Both the position numbers and the translations under genes were made by a program. From Vicugna vicugna (taxonomy: Eukaryota), in the NCBI GenBank assembly GCA_013265495.1, contig MU058718.1, forward strand, positions 2,813,779-2,877,778: 64,000 nucleotides of DNA, given 5' to 3'. Positions 1 to 12,308 of the stretch are shown piece after piece (position 1 is the first letter of the stretch; each line of letters starts with the position of its first letter). Below the pieces are notes generated by a model, which ran no database searches, had not been told where the DNA came from, and was given only the letters and a program-made list of their open reading frames with translations.

Positions 1-155
1 TTGTTTAGATTTGATATTCCATGAACAGAGTTTGCTTATTTCTTCCTGGAAACATTTTTATCAAAAAGGACCCCGCTGTCAACTCACTAACATCAGAAAA
101 CTACAAAATGGATCGTTTCAAGATTTAAAATGAGGAACTGCTTTTGAACCAACAG

Positions 156-259
156 GAAATAGGATTGTAGTTTTGGGGGAGGACTGGATAAAATTCCCAC
201 AGCCTCCTATAACACAAATGAAGATCAGATATGAATTACCTCCCAATCAGGAATCTTGA
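156..259 (+). other. Candidate terminal exon-like segment A ((G)NRIVVLGEDWIKFPQPPITQMKIRYELPPNQES*)
   Basis: AG at 154-155 (ttttgaaccaacag), frame open to TGA 257-259, AATAAA at 539-544; 164-211 is paralogous to 1381-1422. Protein not recognised. Confidence 0.2.
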
Positions 260-1360
260 TGTCAAAAGTTATTGGGAGCTTTTAAATGAAAATTTAAATA
301 TATTATGACATCAAGTCTAAGAAAAATGAGAAGCGCAATTATAAATGGTTGGAAAGATTATGGAAACAAATCTTTGGTTAATTTTAAACCAGCAGATGCT
401 GGTGTTAACTCTGGATTCAAACTGGTCTTTTTTTTTTTTAATCCTCTGTCCCCCTTTCCCTTTCTCACTCACTCTCTCAACCATCAAAGAGTGGCTGGTA
501 CTTATCTTTATGTCTACATAGGGACATCTCTTTCTGACAATAAAATCTCTAGGAAGTTGGCCTGCTGCCTTCTGATTGGTTCTTCTATCTCTGGCCTCAT
601 AAATCTCTCACTAGGTTACTCTGACCATTGCTGAGAAGTGCCAGCCAACCTCTCTTCAAAACTGAAAACTAGATTTTAAGATCTTCCTCTTCCTGTCTTT
701 ACCCTCATTGCTTTTCACTAATTCTAATAGTTGTTTTTCTGGAGAGAAAAGAAAAATGTGGAGGTGTAGACTGGCCAAGAGAAGATTAATCCAGTCCAGA
801 GCTCTTAATGCAAGCATGGTAAGTGGACATACTGAGTCTGCAAAGCGTTCATTTCTTAAGAGATATAATTACATGACACCATTAACAGTTCACACTACCA
901 TGAGCCAGTAACCAAACGTGAGCCGGTACATAAGACAAAGGCCTGTAAAGTTCTTCAACATTCATCAGTGGCCCAAATTGTAGGCATCGATACCTTGTAC
1001 TCACAACCACCTGGTGGAGGAGATGAATGGTAAAAAGGAGGCCATGATCTTGGCCTGATCTCTCTCCTGGATTACTGAGCACTCTAGCTGGATGTGCCTT
1101 GGAGTTCTTTAATATCAGCATTCCCCAAATCACACATGTTGCCTCACCCAAAGCTTGGTCCCCTTTCCATAGTCTCCATTGCATTTAGTGAGGAATATAA
1201 ACCAGTCGCCCAGAGCAGGAGTGTAAAAATAACATTACAACCATTGGTCTTTGTTACCGCATGTCTGATTTCGAGTTCCTCATCCTTCATACCCACCAGG
1301 AAACTCTCTTTGACCAAACTCCTCCTCTCTACTATCCTCGCCACTGTCTCATTACTGCAG

Positions 1361-1455
1361 TGCTTTGGTTTTCCCTCTATATTGTAGTAGAGGATTGGAT
1401 AAAATTCCCCCAGCCTCCTATAGCCTGCAATACTTTCTACTTTGTCCTCCTATAA
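1361..1455 (+). other. Candidate terminal exon-like segment B ((V)LWFSLYIVVEDWIKFPQPPIACNTFYFVLL*)
   Basis: Pyrimidine-rich tract and CAG at 1358-1360, same intron phase as segment A, stop at 1453-1455; shares the EDWIKFPQPPI coding sequence with A. Confidence 0.2.
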
Positions 1456-4400
1456 AGACAGAGTAGAGCTGGGTCTTCCTGGCCCTGTGAGTGCATGGTG
1501 CCCTGCCTCAGTCTCCATTTCAGCATTAACTATGTTATTTAATGAGTTGTTACTATGTCCACCTCCCTCCTCAGTATTTGAGCCCCTTAAGGCTAGGGCC
1601 ATGCTTCATTCATCTTTGCTTGTCACATAGCAGGGAGCTAACAGATGTTTGTATAATGAAAAGACATAGCTGGCAGAAATTCCAAAACTGGTCTTATTTT
1701 CCTTTGGGTGCCTGAGGAGTAGGGGAAAAGGAAGTTTCTAATACGAGAAGTTGGTCATGGGATAAGAAACAATAAGCCATCTATTTTTTTTTTCAAATTG
1801 TCTGCAGAAAGCCATGATCCATAAATACCAAATCGTGAATATTTGTCATATAGGTAACCCTAAAGAATCCTGGGGCAACTCCTCATTCCATTTCTGCACT
1901 GAATTGCTTATAAAGAAGCACAGACTGGCAACAAAAAGAAATTTTTAAAATACATTTTAAAAAGAAACAGGAAAAAAAGGAAAGAAAGCCATTCCTTACT
2001 TGCATTTCCAGATGAACTTTAAAGACTAATTTATAATTTTAAAGAGACTAATTTCATGTTCCCCTTGTACCTGCATTCTCCAGTTTTTGCCACCTCACAG
2101 CTGTCCCAGAGCCCCTCCCATGCCAAGTCCTCGAACTCTTCCTCTGATCTCTTTAAATATTGTTCCTCTCTCTCTCCTCCCATTGCCATGCCCAGCTATT
2201 TCTTTACTATTTTGATTGACTTGCCTTCTGTGGCTAAGCTCCCCTCCCTACCCCCACCCCCCGCCCGGCTTCTCTGTCCAGATCTCTTTTTGGGTATCTC
2301 TCTGTCCTTCCTTATTCTGTTGCTTCAGAGAGGAGCCAGAAACTATACCAGCACTGCTGCTTCCTTGAGGGCATGTGTGGGCTGTGCTGGAGAGGGCAGA
2401 GTGAAATGGGAATAAGAAGGTGAATTTATATACTAATAAATTCTGTCCACTCATCTACTTTAATGATACATTGGCTTAACTGTTGTGCCAAATAGTAATC
2501 AAGAATAAATAAGTGAATCATTGAGCTATTATTTTATCACAGAAAATCTATAATTCCAGGCATTTCTTGGATCAATTAACAGGAATGGAAGTCTCTCTAA
2601 GACTGCTTAAAAAAAAAAAAGGCATCATAATAATCTGATCTGTGTGTCACAGGATCAGCCCCTCCCCACCAGACATCTGAGCCTACCTCCAGCTGCTAGG
2701 AGCCAAGAAGACTGAATCCTACTCTGTTTAAAGAGAGTCCAGGGGCAGGGCGGGCAGAACTCAGCCTTCTCCAGAGAGAGTCGCTGGCCCTCAAAAAATG
2801 GGAACTGTCAGTCTCCACTGCACAGCTCAGCACAAAATTAATAGAAAGAGGGGTTTGCTGAGCGATGGTCAGCTCTTCCTTCACAGGGCAAAGCATCAGA
2901 AGCATGAGTTCTCCCTTCCCTTTGCCCTGGGCAGGGCTAACAGGGGGGCCGAGTAGACAGTGTGAAGCTCCCCAGATTCTTCCCTGCCACTGCCTGAAAT
3001 GTCACCCCAATGGAACTCATTTGGGTTGTATATATATGCTGTGTTATGTACTTAAAGCCCTAGGTGGAGGTTGCCATGATGAAAGAGTTCAAGAAACTTG
3101 CATTCGTAACAAATACAAGGGTTGAGGAGGGCTAATTATGAAACAGGAGGTCTGGCTGAAGGGGACACCAGGTATGGAGGGAGGCAGGCAGGAGATGGGG
3201 GAGGAGGTCAAACCAGAGCTGGAAGTTGGCAAGAAAGAGCCAGAGAGGCCCGGATGTGGATCCAAACAGCTGTGCTCAGGGAGAGATTGGCCAGTTTAAG
3301 TAGGGACAAAGGCTAGACACTCCGTGAGTGGACGCTGCCTGCTTCTTATCTGAAGTTCTAGTCTTCCCATAAGCAGAAAATATTCCAAACCCTCCACCAG
3401 TGGAAGGTGGAGCTAGACCGTCCACTTGGGTGATGAAAGAATTGAAGCCAAAGGCATTCTTGCTGTTAAAAACAGAAACAGTCATTCTGCAAAATACAAC
3501 CTGTCCCCTCTAAAAAGTCTCTGAAGATGCAAACAGAAAAGCAGAGACAACAGGAAACAAGCAACAAGATCAAGAGGGAGTCAGCAACGAAGTATGGCAG
3601 AGGTTAGAGAACGCTGTGCACACGCAGAGTCTGGGAAAAACAATCCTTTGAAAGGAAGGTCTGAATGAAAGGATACGAATCAGTGAGATTATTATCGCAC
3701 ATGTAAATCATTTTGAAGTGTCTTGAAAGAAAAGCTATATGATAATAACTCCAAACATTTGCAGGCCAGGCAGAAAGGTAAGATTTGGTCTTTCTGTGCC
3801 AGGTATGTCACCACACTATTTTGCTGGTAAGTAGCTTAGCAAAAGGTAGAGAATCAAAGGCGTCTGAGGGCATTCTGTCATCGCGTCTTTGGTCATATCC
3901 CTACTGCAAAGAATATTCGTAGGTTCGCTTATGACCTTGGTCTCCCCAGCTCTAGTTTCCTCCTGAGTCTTAAGTTTCTCACTTTGAATCTTCCTGTGAT
4001 AGAATTTCAGAAACAGAACCATGGGAGTTGGCGAGGGAATTGAGATGCCAAGTGTTAGATGGTGAATCTGTCTTCTCCTGAGTCCACTGGAGTCTAACTA
4101 GACTGAGTGCCCCCTGAGGGCAGGGCTCTGCCTCTCATCTCTGTACACTGTGTGTGTTCAGTACGTGTTTGTTAACTTTAAGTGAATCTAAACCGTTAGG
4201 TCTTGTGTAGGAAAGTTATGAGTACTAATGACCACTCTGAAGATCCAAAAATGTAGATTTTACAAAATTCTAAGTGAATGAGCAAACAAACCACCAAGGC
4301 TGCTTAAAATATGACCAAAAATGTCCCTGGGAATTAAAAAATGAGAAGAGAATGTGGCAAGAAGAAAAATGTGATATTGATGTTGAAACAGGAAAGACCC

Positions 4401-6032
4401 TGAAGTTACCAATCAAGTAATACTATTAAACCAGGAGGCAAAAATCTGTAAGTTACTGATGTGATAAAGAAGTCTCACTATACATAGAAAGCTCTTAAAA
4501 AGTTTTGTTTGTTGGTGGCTCTTCTTGCAAATCTCTAAACTTAGAAGGTGCATTTTCAGTAATGCAATACATTTGAGATAACTTCCTATGAAATGTTACA
4601 AAAATGACTTGTTGCTTTAGCAAGAAGTTAGTCAACATTCTTTAAATATTACTTGTATGATTGTGCAGGGTAATTTCAGCAGAGAAGAAATCGCAAATTA
4701 TTGACTTGGCAAACGTAGTTAACAAATAAACTTTCTTAGCAAATTACTTTTACTTACACAGTTTTCTAAAAGAAAATGGCTGGGTTAGTTGTATCCTTGC
4801 TCCTCCGCAAGTCACCTCTTATCTCGGTTACAGCTCTTACTGCACTGTGTTGTCATTGTATGGTTCCCTTTCTCTTTCCTCCACCGCGTGTGGAATTCTA
4901 GAACACACAGCCAGTGTCTTACTCACTGCTGTGTCTCTAGTGCCTCCCACAGTGCCCAGTGCACAGCACATACTAGGTGTGCAATAAGTATTTGTTGCAT
5001 ATATGAATGCAAAAGCATTTCAAGCGAGGTAGAGATTAATTTTAGGAGGAAAATTATAAGCCAAGCATCTGCAGATTTATTTGTAATTTAAAAAGTTAAG
5101 TCTTAGAGTATCATGTTAGTAAGCAAGTTTGTCATTATTTATAAATTGTCATTTATGGCTTTGTTTTCAAATGAAAAGAGTGGGTTACTTGCTCAAGACC
5201 AGTTATTGTTATTGATTCCTTCCCAGCTCAAAAAATACTGGAATTCACCCAGACCACAGACAAGCCATTTGTTTGCTGTTAAAATATTTATATGCATTCC
5301 TTCTAACTCCCCACCACCAACTTTTTGCATCTAAAAAGTAGTTATATGAGCTGAAAATTGACAGCATAACATGACTAAGAAAACCCCATCAATGCCCTAA
5401 AACACACTGGGCGCTCTGAAATAAGCGTGGGAAACTGTATTACCTGAACCTTTAAGTAAGGATCACATACGTCAGTGGTTTTATATCTTCAGAAGGCATC
5501 AGCAATAACCTCAAATAATATAGTCAAGGGGGAAAAAGTAGTACTTGCCCATGGCTGAGGGGACACCGCTAGGGAAAAATAAGACTTCAAGAAAGAAACT
5601 GAAGTGTTCAGAATGAATGGATTTGCTTAACTGTTAGTGAGACAGACTCTTATTTTATTCTGGAATAATAGTCTAAGGAAATTCATCAAAGACCCACCAT
5701 TTGTGACCATCATCAGATAGGAAAATAAAAACACCTTCCTACCCCTAAATTTCTAGGACAATAACTGTGTGCTTATGATGGTTAGCCAGGGCCTGGATGG
5801 TGTCTGGTACATAGTGAGCACTCACTAAACCTTTGTTAAATGAATGAATGAACTTTACACGAATTACTCATATTTATAATGGGTGAAGGATGAGGTTTAT
5901 GAAACAGCACCATACCCTAACCAGCCGAGCTGATGGCCAGGGTTAGGTTTAGAATGAATAAGAGAGAAAAGGTGCTGGTTCTGGTACGGATGGTGAAATT
6001 AGGTGCACCACATTATAAAAAGGAGTTACAAC

Positions 6033-6121
6033 GCGGGGTGGGTATAGCTCAGTGGTAGAGCATATGCTTACATGCACGAGGTTACAGTACTCTATTAACA
6101 GAAAGAAAAGAAAAAAGGAAG
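6033..6121 (+). mobile_element. tRNA-Ala-derived SINE (camelid Vic-1 type), B-box region deleted
   Basis: ggggtgggtatagctcagtggtagagcatatgcttacatgcacgagg resembles the tRNA-Ala 5' half; A-rich tail; exact TSD aaaaggagttacaac at 6018-6032 and 6122-6136. Confidence 0.9.
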
Positions 6122-7190
6122 AAAAGGAGTTACAACAAATGCTTCTGTGCAGATTTTGTGGGATGATAACGTATGCATACGTGGCATCAAGTCTTGTCTT
6201 TTCACCACTTTGACAACAAGCTTGTCTCCTCCACTCCGAGGGAACCTGCTTCCTAACATAAGGGATCAGCTTCTCCCACTTCGTATCTGGAAAGGTGTTA
6301 CTAACACACTTTCTAGGGAGGAGAAAAACCACCCCCAAACCCACTCTAGATTTGGATGCAGTTGTTCCCGAGGCTGCCTTTTTCTTCTCACGGTCAGCCC
6401 ATGGGCAGTTAGTCCTGAACATTGGCTCAACGTGGGGCCCAGGAAGAGTATTCTCTGCTTGCAATCTGTTCTCTTCTGACCGTCAGTAACCACAGGTCAG
6501 CAATCTCCTTAGCCTCGTAGGTGCCACAGAAATTCCCACAGGTACCCTTGGCAGGTTTCAGGAATCAACAGAAGGGAAATAATAGGGGAGATTAGGAAGG
6601 AAGGGTTTCCTTTTCTCGTGAGAACCATTTGATTAAATCAGACCTCTGAAAACAGAACTCAGTTGAGAATCAAATAAACAAAAGGCAATGCAACTTACTT
6701 TTAAGAGAAAAAAATACGAAAACTTGATCTTAAAATGAAGGGAGAACATCACCACCACCACCAGATGAAGAGGGAGAAAAGACCAAGAGGCAATTGTGTT
6801 GCTGGCAAAACTCCTAAAAGCAAATTCTAATTCACTGCATTTTGGGAGGGGGGGGAATAATCATTTAGTTTAAAAAGGGTGGGGATGTCACTGGAATTGG
6901 TCATTTTAAAACCTTTTATCTAAAAGTCTGAGTATAAAGTTTTACTCTTTATTTGAGTATAAATCATGTATTCAAATATACAAGTATTTATTGGAAGCTT
7001 ATTAGGTGCCAGCAAAAAACAAAATAGTCCAAGTCTCTCATTTCGTGGAGTTTATATGATAGTAGGGAAATCAAAAATAAAAGAGTTAAAAAATAAATAT
7101 TTGATATGTCAGGTAGCATTAAGGCTTGTGAGTAAAGGGAAACAGAATGGCAGGAATGCATATAATATTTTAAGTAGAATGGTCAAGGAA

Positions 7191-7970
7191 GGGTGCTGGT
7201 TATTCCCTGATTTCCACCTCCTCGCCACCCTTTCAGTTCATTCTCTACCATCTTTGTTTCGCTCTGTGCCCAGTAGGTATCTCCGAGACAGCCCCCAATC
7301 ATTCGTGGCTCCTGCCATTCATACCTTTGTGTGGTCTCGTCCCACACTGACTCAGATGGATCTATGTGACTAATAGAATATGGCTGAGGTGATGGTGTGT
7401 AATTTCCAAGGCTGGGTTATAAAAGGCCCTGTAGCTCCCACCTTGGGCTCCTGGACCACTCACTCATGGGGAAGCCAGGTACCATGTGGTGAGGACACTC
7501 AAGTAGCCCTGTGGAGGCCTGTGTTAGGCATCCTGCCAAAATCCAGCAACGACTTGCCAGCCATGTTAAGTGAGCCACCTTGGAAGTGAATCTTTCATCC
7601 AAGATCAGCCTTCAGAAAACTGACATCTTAACTGCAATCTCATAGGAGACCTGGGGTAGGAAACATCGAGATAAGCCACTTCCAAATTGCTGACCCAGAG
7701 AAACTGTAAGAGATAATAAATGTTTATTGTTTCAATGCACTGTGTTTTGAGGTAATTTGTTATGCAACAACAGATGATTTGTATAGTACCCAGCTGCCTT
7801 GGACTGTGGTTTCCAGCTGTGTTTGGTCAACACACAGAAGGTGAGGTCAGTGTGTTTATTCCTCCACATTCTGCTCTGGTCCTGGTTTCCTCCCATAGTC
7901 ACCACAGCCCCCTCTGGGCAGCCCCATGTGTCTGCGGCACTGCAACTCTCTTAGTGCTTCTACAACACTA
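7191..7970. mobile_element. LTR33-like ERVL LTR, split by an MLT1 insertion
   Basis: gctctgtgccc...agg (about 7261) and gaggtcagtgtgtttattcc (about 7843) resemble LTR33; recognised by eye. Confidence 0.5.
7278..7785 (+). mobile_element. MLT1-family MaLR LTR
   Basis: gtgactaatagaatatggctgaggtgatgg, and 3' end ataataaatgtttattgttt...ggtaatttgttatgcaacaacaga, typical of MLT1. Confidence 0.8.
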
Positions 7971-8939
7971 GCAAGAGGCCTCCGAACATGTGGGGAAGAG
8001 GGTTCCAGCAGGTGCAAAGTCCCTGAATTCAGGGAATGCTTGATGTGTTCAAAGAACAGCGAGGAAGTCAGAGTGGGTAGAGTAGAATACACAAACAGGA
8101 ATGTGAAGGGTGCGAGAACAGAGGGGCAGGCAGGGGCATGTCAGGTAGCATTTTGTGGGTCATGGTTGTGTTCTGAGTGTTCCGTCCATCCGTGGGTGGG
8201 TGGGGAGTGGTCTGAACAGGGCCACGGCATGACCTAACTTGCATCGTGAGACCAGGGTATAGGTAAGGAGACCAGACAGGAGGCTCTTTGAGCATTTAGA
8301 AAGAGGAGGAGGCTTGGGTATGGTGGGTAATAAAGATGGTGAGAAAAGACTGAATTCAGAATATATTTTAAAGCCAGACCTAGAAGAATTTGCTACTAAA
8401 TTGAATGCGGGAGAAATAAGAGTAAGGAAGACTCTTAAAGCGAACGTTGAGGCTGGAATTGTTTACTGAGATCAACATAAGGGAGCCTGGTGGGGGCAGT
8501 TTGGAAGGAGGAGGCCAGAAATTTAGAGTTTGTTCATTTCATCTTCAAGAAAGGAAAAAAGTAATATTACACTGTTTAAAAAAAAAAAAAGAAGATGAGA
8601 AGTTTTTTTCTCACTTTACAAAGAAAAGGCTCTCCATTCACACGTTTCTAGCTCCCGGCCTACTGGGACACTGCCACTAGAAGACGTCTCAAACCAGACA
8701 GTGCTTTCTCAACTTGAGCTAGAAATGTGATTGGTTCTGGGTCAGTTCCGGCTCCCCAGAAGTCTGACTAAATCAGTCCAGGAGCCAAGTCTGTTCCTGG
8801 GGTCCAGGGCCCCTATTGTTTGCTATAAAACATAATCTGCCTATTGATTAAGGATTCTAATTATCTGGCTTATAAAAGGTCATCTCACTGGTTAACCCCT
8901 ATGACTTTTTTTTTTCATTTGAAATATGACACCTTTCAG

Positions 8940-9760
8940 CTCCAGAAGCAGATGTGGCAGGAAACGACTTAACAGACACTTCCGTTTTTCTTGGGACAGC
9001 ACCTTTGACCCACTTCCGCAGTTTGGGGCTCTTTTTACCATAAAAGCAGAGCTGTGCCCCCACCCCAAATGAGACACTCACTCTCCTTCTACAACATTGG
9101 TTACCTGCTTTTTCTCTGCAGACTCAAAGCTTTAGAGAGAACTGGGCAAGTGAGTGTGGAGCTGGAGCTCACAGACCTGCCTCTACAGACGTGCTAGGAG
9201 ACCAAGGCAGCACCCTGGGCTCCGCGGGGAGAGGGCAAGCCTTTTGTCTCCTTGTAATGTTTGCCCCCGGGTCACTCACACCCTCCTCTACAGGACGTTT
9301 TGTGATGCCAGTACACAGCTGCCTGGATGCCAACAGGCATTTTGTTGTTGTTGTTGTGTTCATGATGACCTCTGTCTAAAAATTCTGGAGGCTTCCAGGA
9401 AGGGACACAGCCGACCGTGATAAAATGGACTTCTCCTCCCTGCCCCCCTCCGGTTACCATGGCGACTCTGAATGACTGATTTCCTGGTTGCCATGTAAAT
9501 GCAGTGGGATCCCAGCCACCACACCACACAAAGATGTCAGTAAGAATAGTGAGAAAACAAAACATATCTAAAAAGACAAAAGATTTCATCTCAAGCCTTT
9601 TTCTCACACAAAGTAGAGGAAAGGAACCAACAGTAATGAGAAATGGTGCTCTTCCTGAGGGAGGCGCGTGTCTCTCCCTCATTGGAGGAAAGACTGGAAT
9701 AAAAAGGGGAAATCCCTCATTTGTCACGGGAAGAGTTGGCATGGTGACAGGAAGACAGAT
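8940..9760. promoter_or_regulatory. Candidate promoter/enhancer with RFX X-boxes and ETS sites
   Basis: GTTACCATGGCGAC 9453-9466, GTTGCCATGTAAAT 9487-9500, GTTGGCATGGTGAC 9735-9748; CACTTCCG at 8977-8984 and 9011-9018; no recognised repeat, several retained CpGs. Confidence 0.55.
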
Positions 9761-10624
9761 GCCATTCTCAGGTGGCTAGAATCCGTCAGTAATCAGCCTG
9801 AGTCCCACTGAGAGGAAATCTGAAATATTTAACCAGGGTGGAAGAATTAAATTAGACTGAAAACAGAACAAAACAAAACCAAGAAAAACAGGTTTCATGG
9901 ACATTTTTTAGAATTACTCTTATTTGTGTAGTTTCATAATTTTAAAATTAAGATTCCAAATTGTCTAATTTATAATATTTGCTGGATTAACTTTTATTTC
10001 TATCCAATACTTTTGGAGAAATAATAAAACACAGTTATTTTTCTATTTTTTTTAAATTGTGACACCTTGATAAAACCACATTTCAAAAATTGATGAATCC
10101 AGATTTCTATAACCTGGGTGTTATCTGTGTTTAGTAATATCTATAGAGAGCACTAGTATATTTTTAAAAACAAATAAAATGTATTTTATATTACTCACTA
10201 TGCATACAAAAACTAAAATTGTTGATAACTCACTTCCTTGGATTTTCATATCTTAGAATCAAATGGCTTAAAATTAATCTGTTCTTTTTCAAAAAAATTT
10301 TTTTTTCTGCCTTACAAATGCTTCAAATAAAGGTTTTGAAAACCTAGTCAGGCAGAATTTTCATGGTGCTGAAAGACAAACACACAGAGCTCCTGGTGCT
10401 TTACTATTAGTTTTCTGTAGCTGAATCACGAAGTCATTTTTGAATGCGATATTGTGGGGGTGAGGGGTTAGAGCTGCAGTGAGCTAAAGCACGCCATGTT
10501 TTATAGATGCCAGAGAAGTGACACCAAGAGGGACTCCAGGGGACGAAGCGGACGGATCCTGGCCCAGTAACTGCCATTTCTTAATACGCTTTCTGGCATT
10601 CAAATCTGCCTCATCACAAAAGCC

Positions 10625-10870
10625 AGTATGTTCCAAACTGGGTCAATAGGTGTCACACAGGGTAAAAAGTTGGGGCAGGAAATTCAGGGCTCAAATAAGT
10701 TTGTAAAATCTTAGGTTCAATAATGTTATTAAACAGGTTGATTTACTGCAGAAGTTCTCAGAGCTTTTGATAGTCTGATATCAAAGGTGAATAGTTACGG
10801 CATATTTAATGGAATACAGACTAGGATAGGAAGGAGCCCTAGAGAATATGACACTTTCCCAAACACATCT
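10625..10870. mobile_element. MER103-like hAT-Charlie DNA transposon relic
   Basis: aaataagtttg...ttaaacaggttgatttactgcagaagttctcagagctttt...tttcccaaacac resembles MER103C. Confidence 0.55.
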
Positions 10871-11439
10871 TCTGAGCTCCTCAGATCATGCTGTGAGAGT
10901 TGCTCGGCCTGTTCCCTCTAATCGTAATTTAAAGATATATGGATTTTTATGATTTAAAATGACAAGATTTTAAAAAGTGACTGGCTCCATATGATTATTG
11001 AATTTAGTGCATAGCCAGATTCCTGAGAGACTGAAGATGAAGAAAAAAAAGAATTGAAAAAGAACCTACAATAAATCAGGTAACTTTCAGAATATCTACT
11101 TTAAATCTGAGCACAAGAGCACTTATTTCCCTTTTCAAGATTTTATTATAGCTTTCATAGAGCCAGCAGGTGGCTGGGCCCTCCACATTTTTACCTCACC
11201 AAGCTGAGTGCCTTCAGTCAGACTGGTTTATGGCTGGGACAGTCATGGAAACAGGATCGGAGCACTGATGGGGGAAACTGAGAAGAGGAAGCACAAAGAA
11301 GAAATATTTATTTTGCCTGGGTTTCCAGGGAAGTCTTTAGAAGAGATGTAGAGGGTGGCTGAGGGCCGAGTAAGAGAAAGGGGACTCCTGGCTGAGGTAA
11401 CTGCCTGTGCAGAGGCATGTGGGTGGGACAGAGCCATGA

Positions 11440-11830
11440 ATGGTTGGGCATGGTGGGAGCAAATGGCCGGGGTGTGCTGGTGGAGTCCACTGTGGATTGA
11501 AGAGGGTTGGGGTCAGTTTGGGAAGTACTTCCATGACATTGCAACCACTGTCGAAAAATGAGGAACCATAGAAGATTTTAGTCAGAGGACTGATATGACT
11601 AGGTGAGCATTCTGGAAAAACCATTCCATGACAATGTGGGGCAGGTTTTGAAAGGGAGGAAGGTGGATGGTGAGAGCAGAGTAGACACACCAAACACCTG
11701 AGTGGTTTCCATAGTGCTAAATGGTCAAGTGTCTGGTAACGTCAGGGAGGAGGTATCAGGGAGAGAAGAGCAAGAAAGAGGCAGCAAGGATTACTCTCAA
11801 GAGTAGAGCAACCAGAGTGGATGGTTACGC
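11440..11830 (-). mobile_element. L2 LINE fragment
   Basis: gaggaaccatagaagattttagtcagaggactgatatgac...tggaaaaaccattcc is a typical antisense L2 body. Confidence 0.5.
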
Positions 11831-12192
11831 CTCCATCTATCCATTTGACAGTTATTTATTTGCATTAATATGAGAGTAATATCTCTTCTCTCTCTTTGCC
11901 CTAAAGACATTCCCTGTGATTTATGGTAAGAATGAGTTGATTAGCAGTATCTGATACTGTTCTGCTAATTATAACTTAGTTGGATTGTTGGTCTCTTCTG
12001 CTTTATGATAACATGGGTGGGCCTTTTACTGGAACACCTCGATTTGCTACTTTAGTGGCACCAGGATTAGCAGCAGAACTCTCCAGAGAAAGAGAAATTT
12101 TTTTTGTCTTCAATTTCGGTAAATAATTGTGCTCTGTGAGAAAGGGTCACACTTGGGCCACTCCTCTGGCAACTCAGGTCAAACTACTATCC

Positions 12193-12308
12193 TTTTTGGG
12201 GGGGGGTTAATTAGGTTTATTTATTTATTCATTTATTTTTGGAGGAGGTACGGGGGATTGAACCCAGGGCCTCATGCATACTAAACATGCGCTCTACTCC
12301 TTGAGCTA
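12193..12308 (-). mobile_element. tRNA-Ala-derived SINE (camelid Vic-1 type)
   Basis: Reverse complement reads tagctcaaggagtagagcgcatgtttagtatgcatgaggccctgggttcaatcccccgtacctcc, then an aataaa-rich tail and taacccccccc. Confidence 0.9.

Larger units (their letters stand above)
6965..8530 (-). mobile_element. L2 LINE fragment interrupted by LTR insertions
   Basis: L2 3'-end-like tattcaaatatacaagtatttattggaagcttattaggtgccag at about 6970; purine-rich L2 body resumes at about 7971-8530. Confidence 0.65.

Noticed and set aside
1148..1449. Minus-strand 302-nt stretch with AG/GT ends, an open frame and a GKGTKLWV Ig J-like motif
   Set aside because: The J-like motif is in a different frame from the open one, the Ig V Cys/Trp pattern is absent, and the peptide is unrecognisable.
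2329..2419. + strand exon-like segment with strong pyrimidine tract and AAG|GTGAAT
   Set aside because: No recognisable peptide or partner exons; such signals are frequent by chance.
6033..6085. tRNA-Ala-like sequence (also 12240-12308)
   Set aside because: A-rich tail, TSD and broken cloverleaf show these are SINEs, not tRNA genes.
6169..6182. Perfect 14-bp palindrome acgtatgcatacgt
   Set aside because: A few palindromes of this size are expected by chance in 64 kb; no supporting context.
5949..6464. Longest ORF in the track (171 aa)
   Set aside because: It runs through a SINE and its A-rich tail; no domain or coding-like composition.
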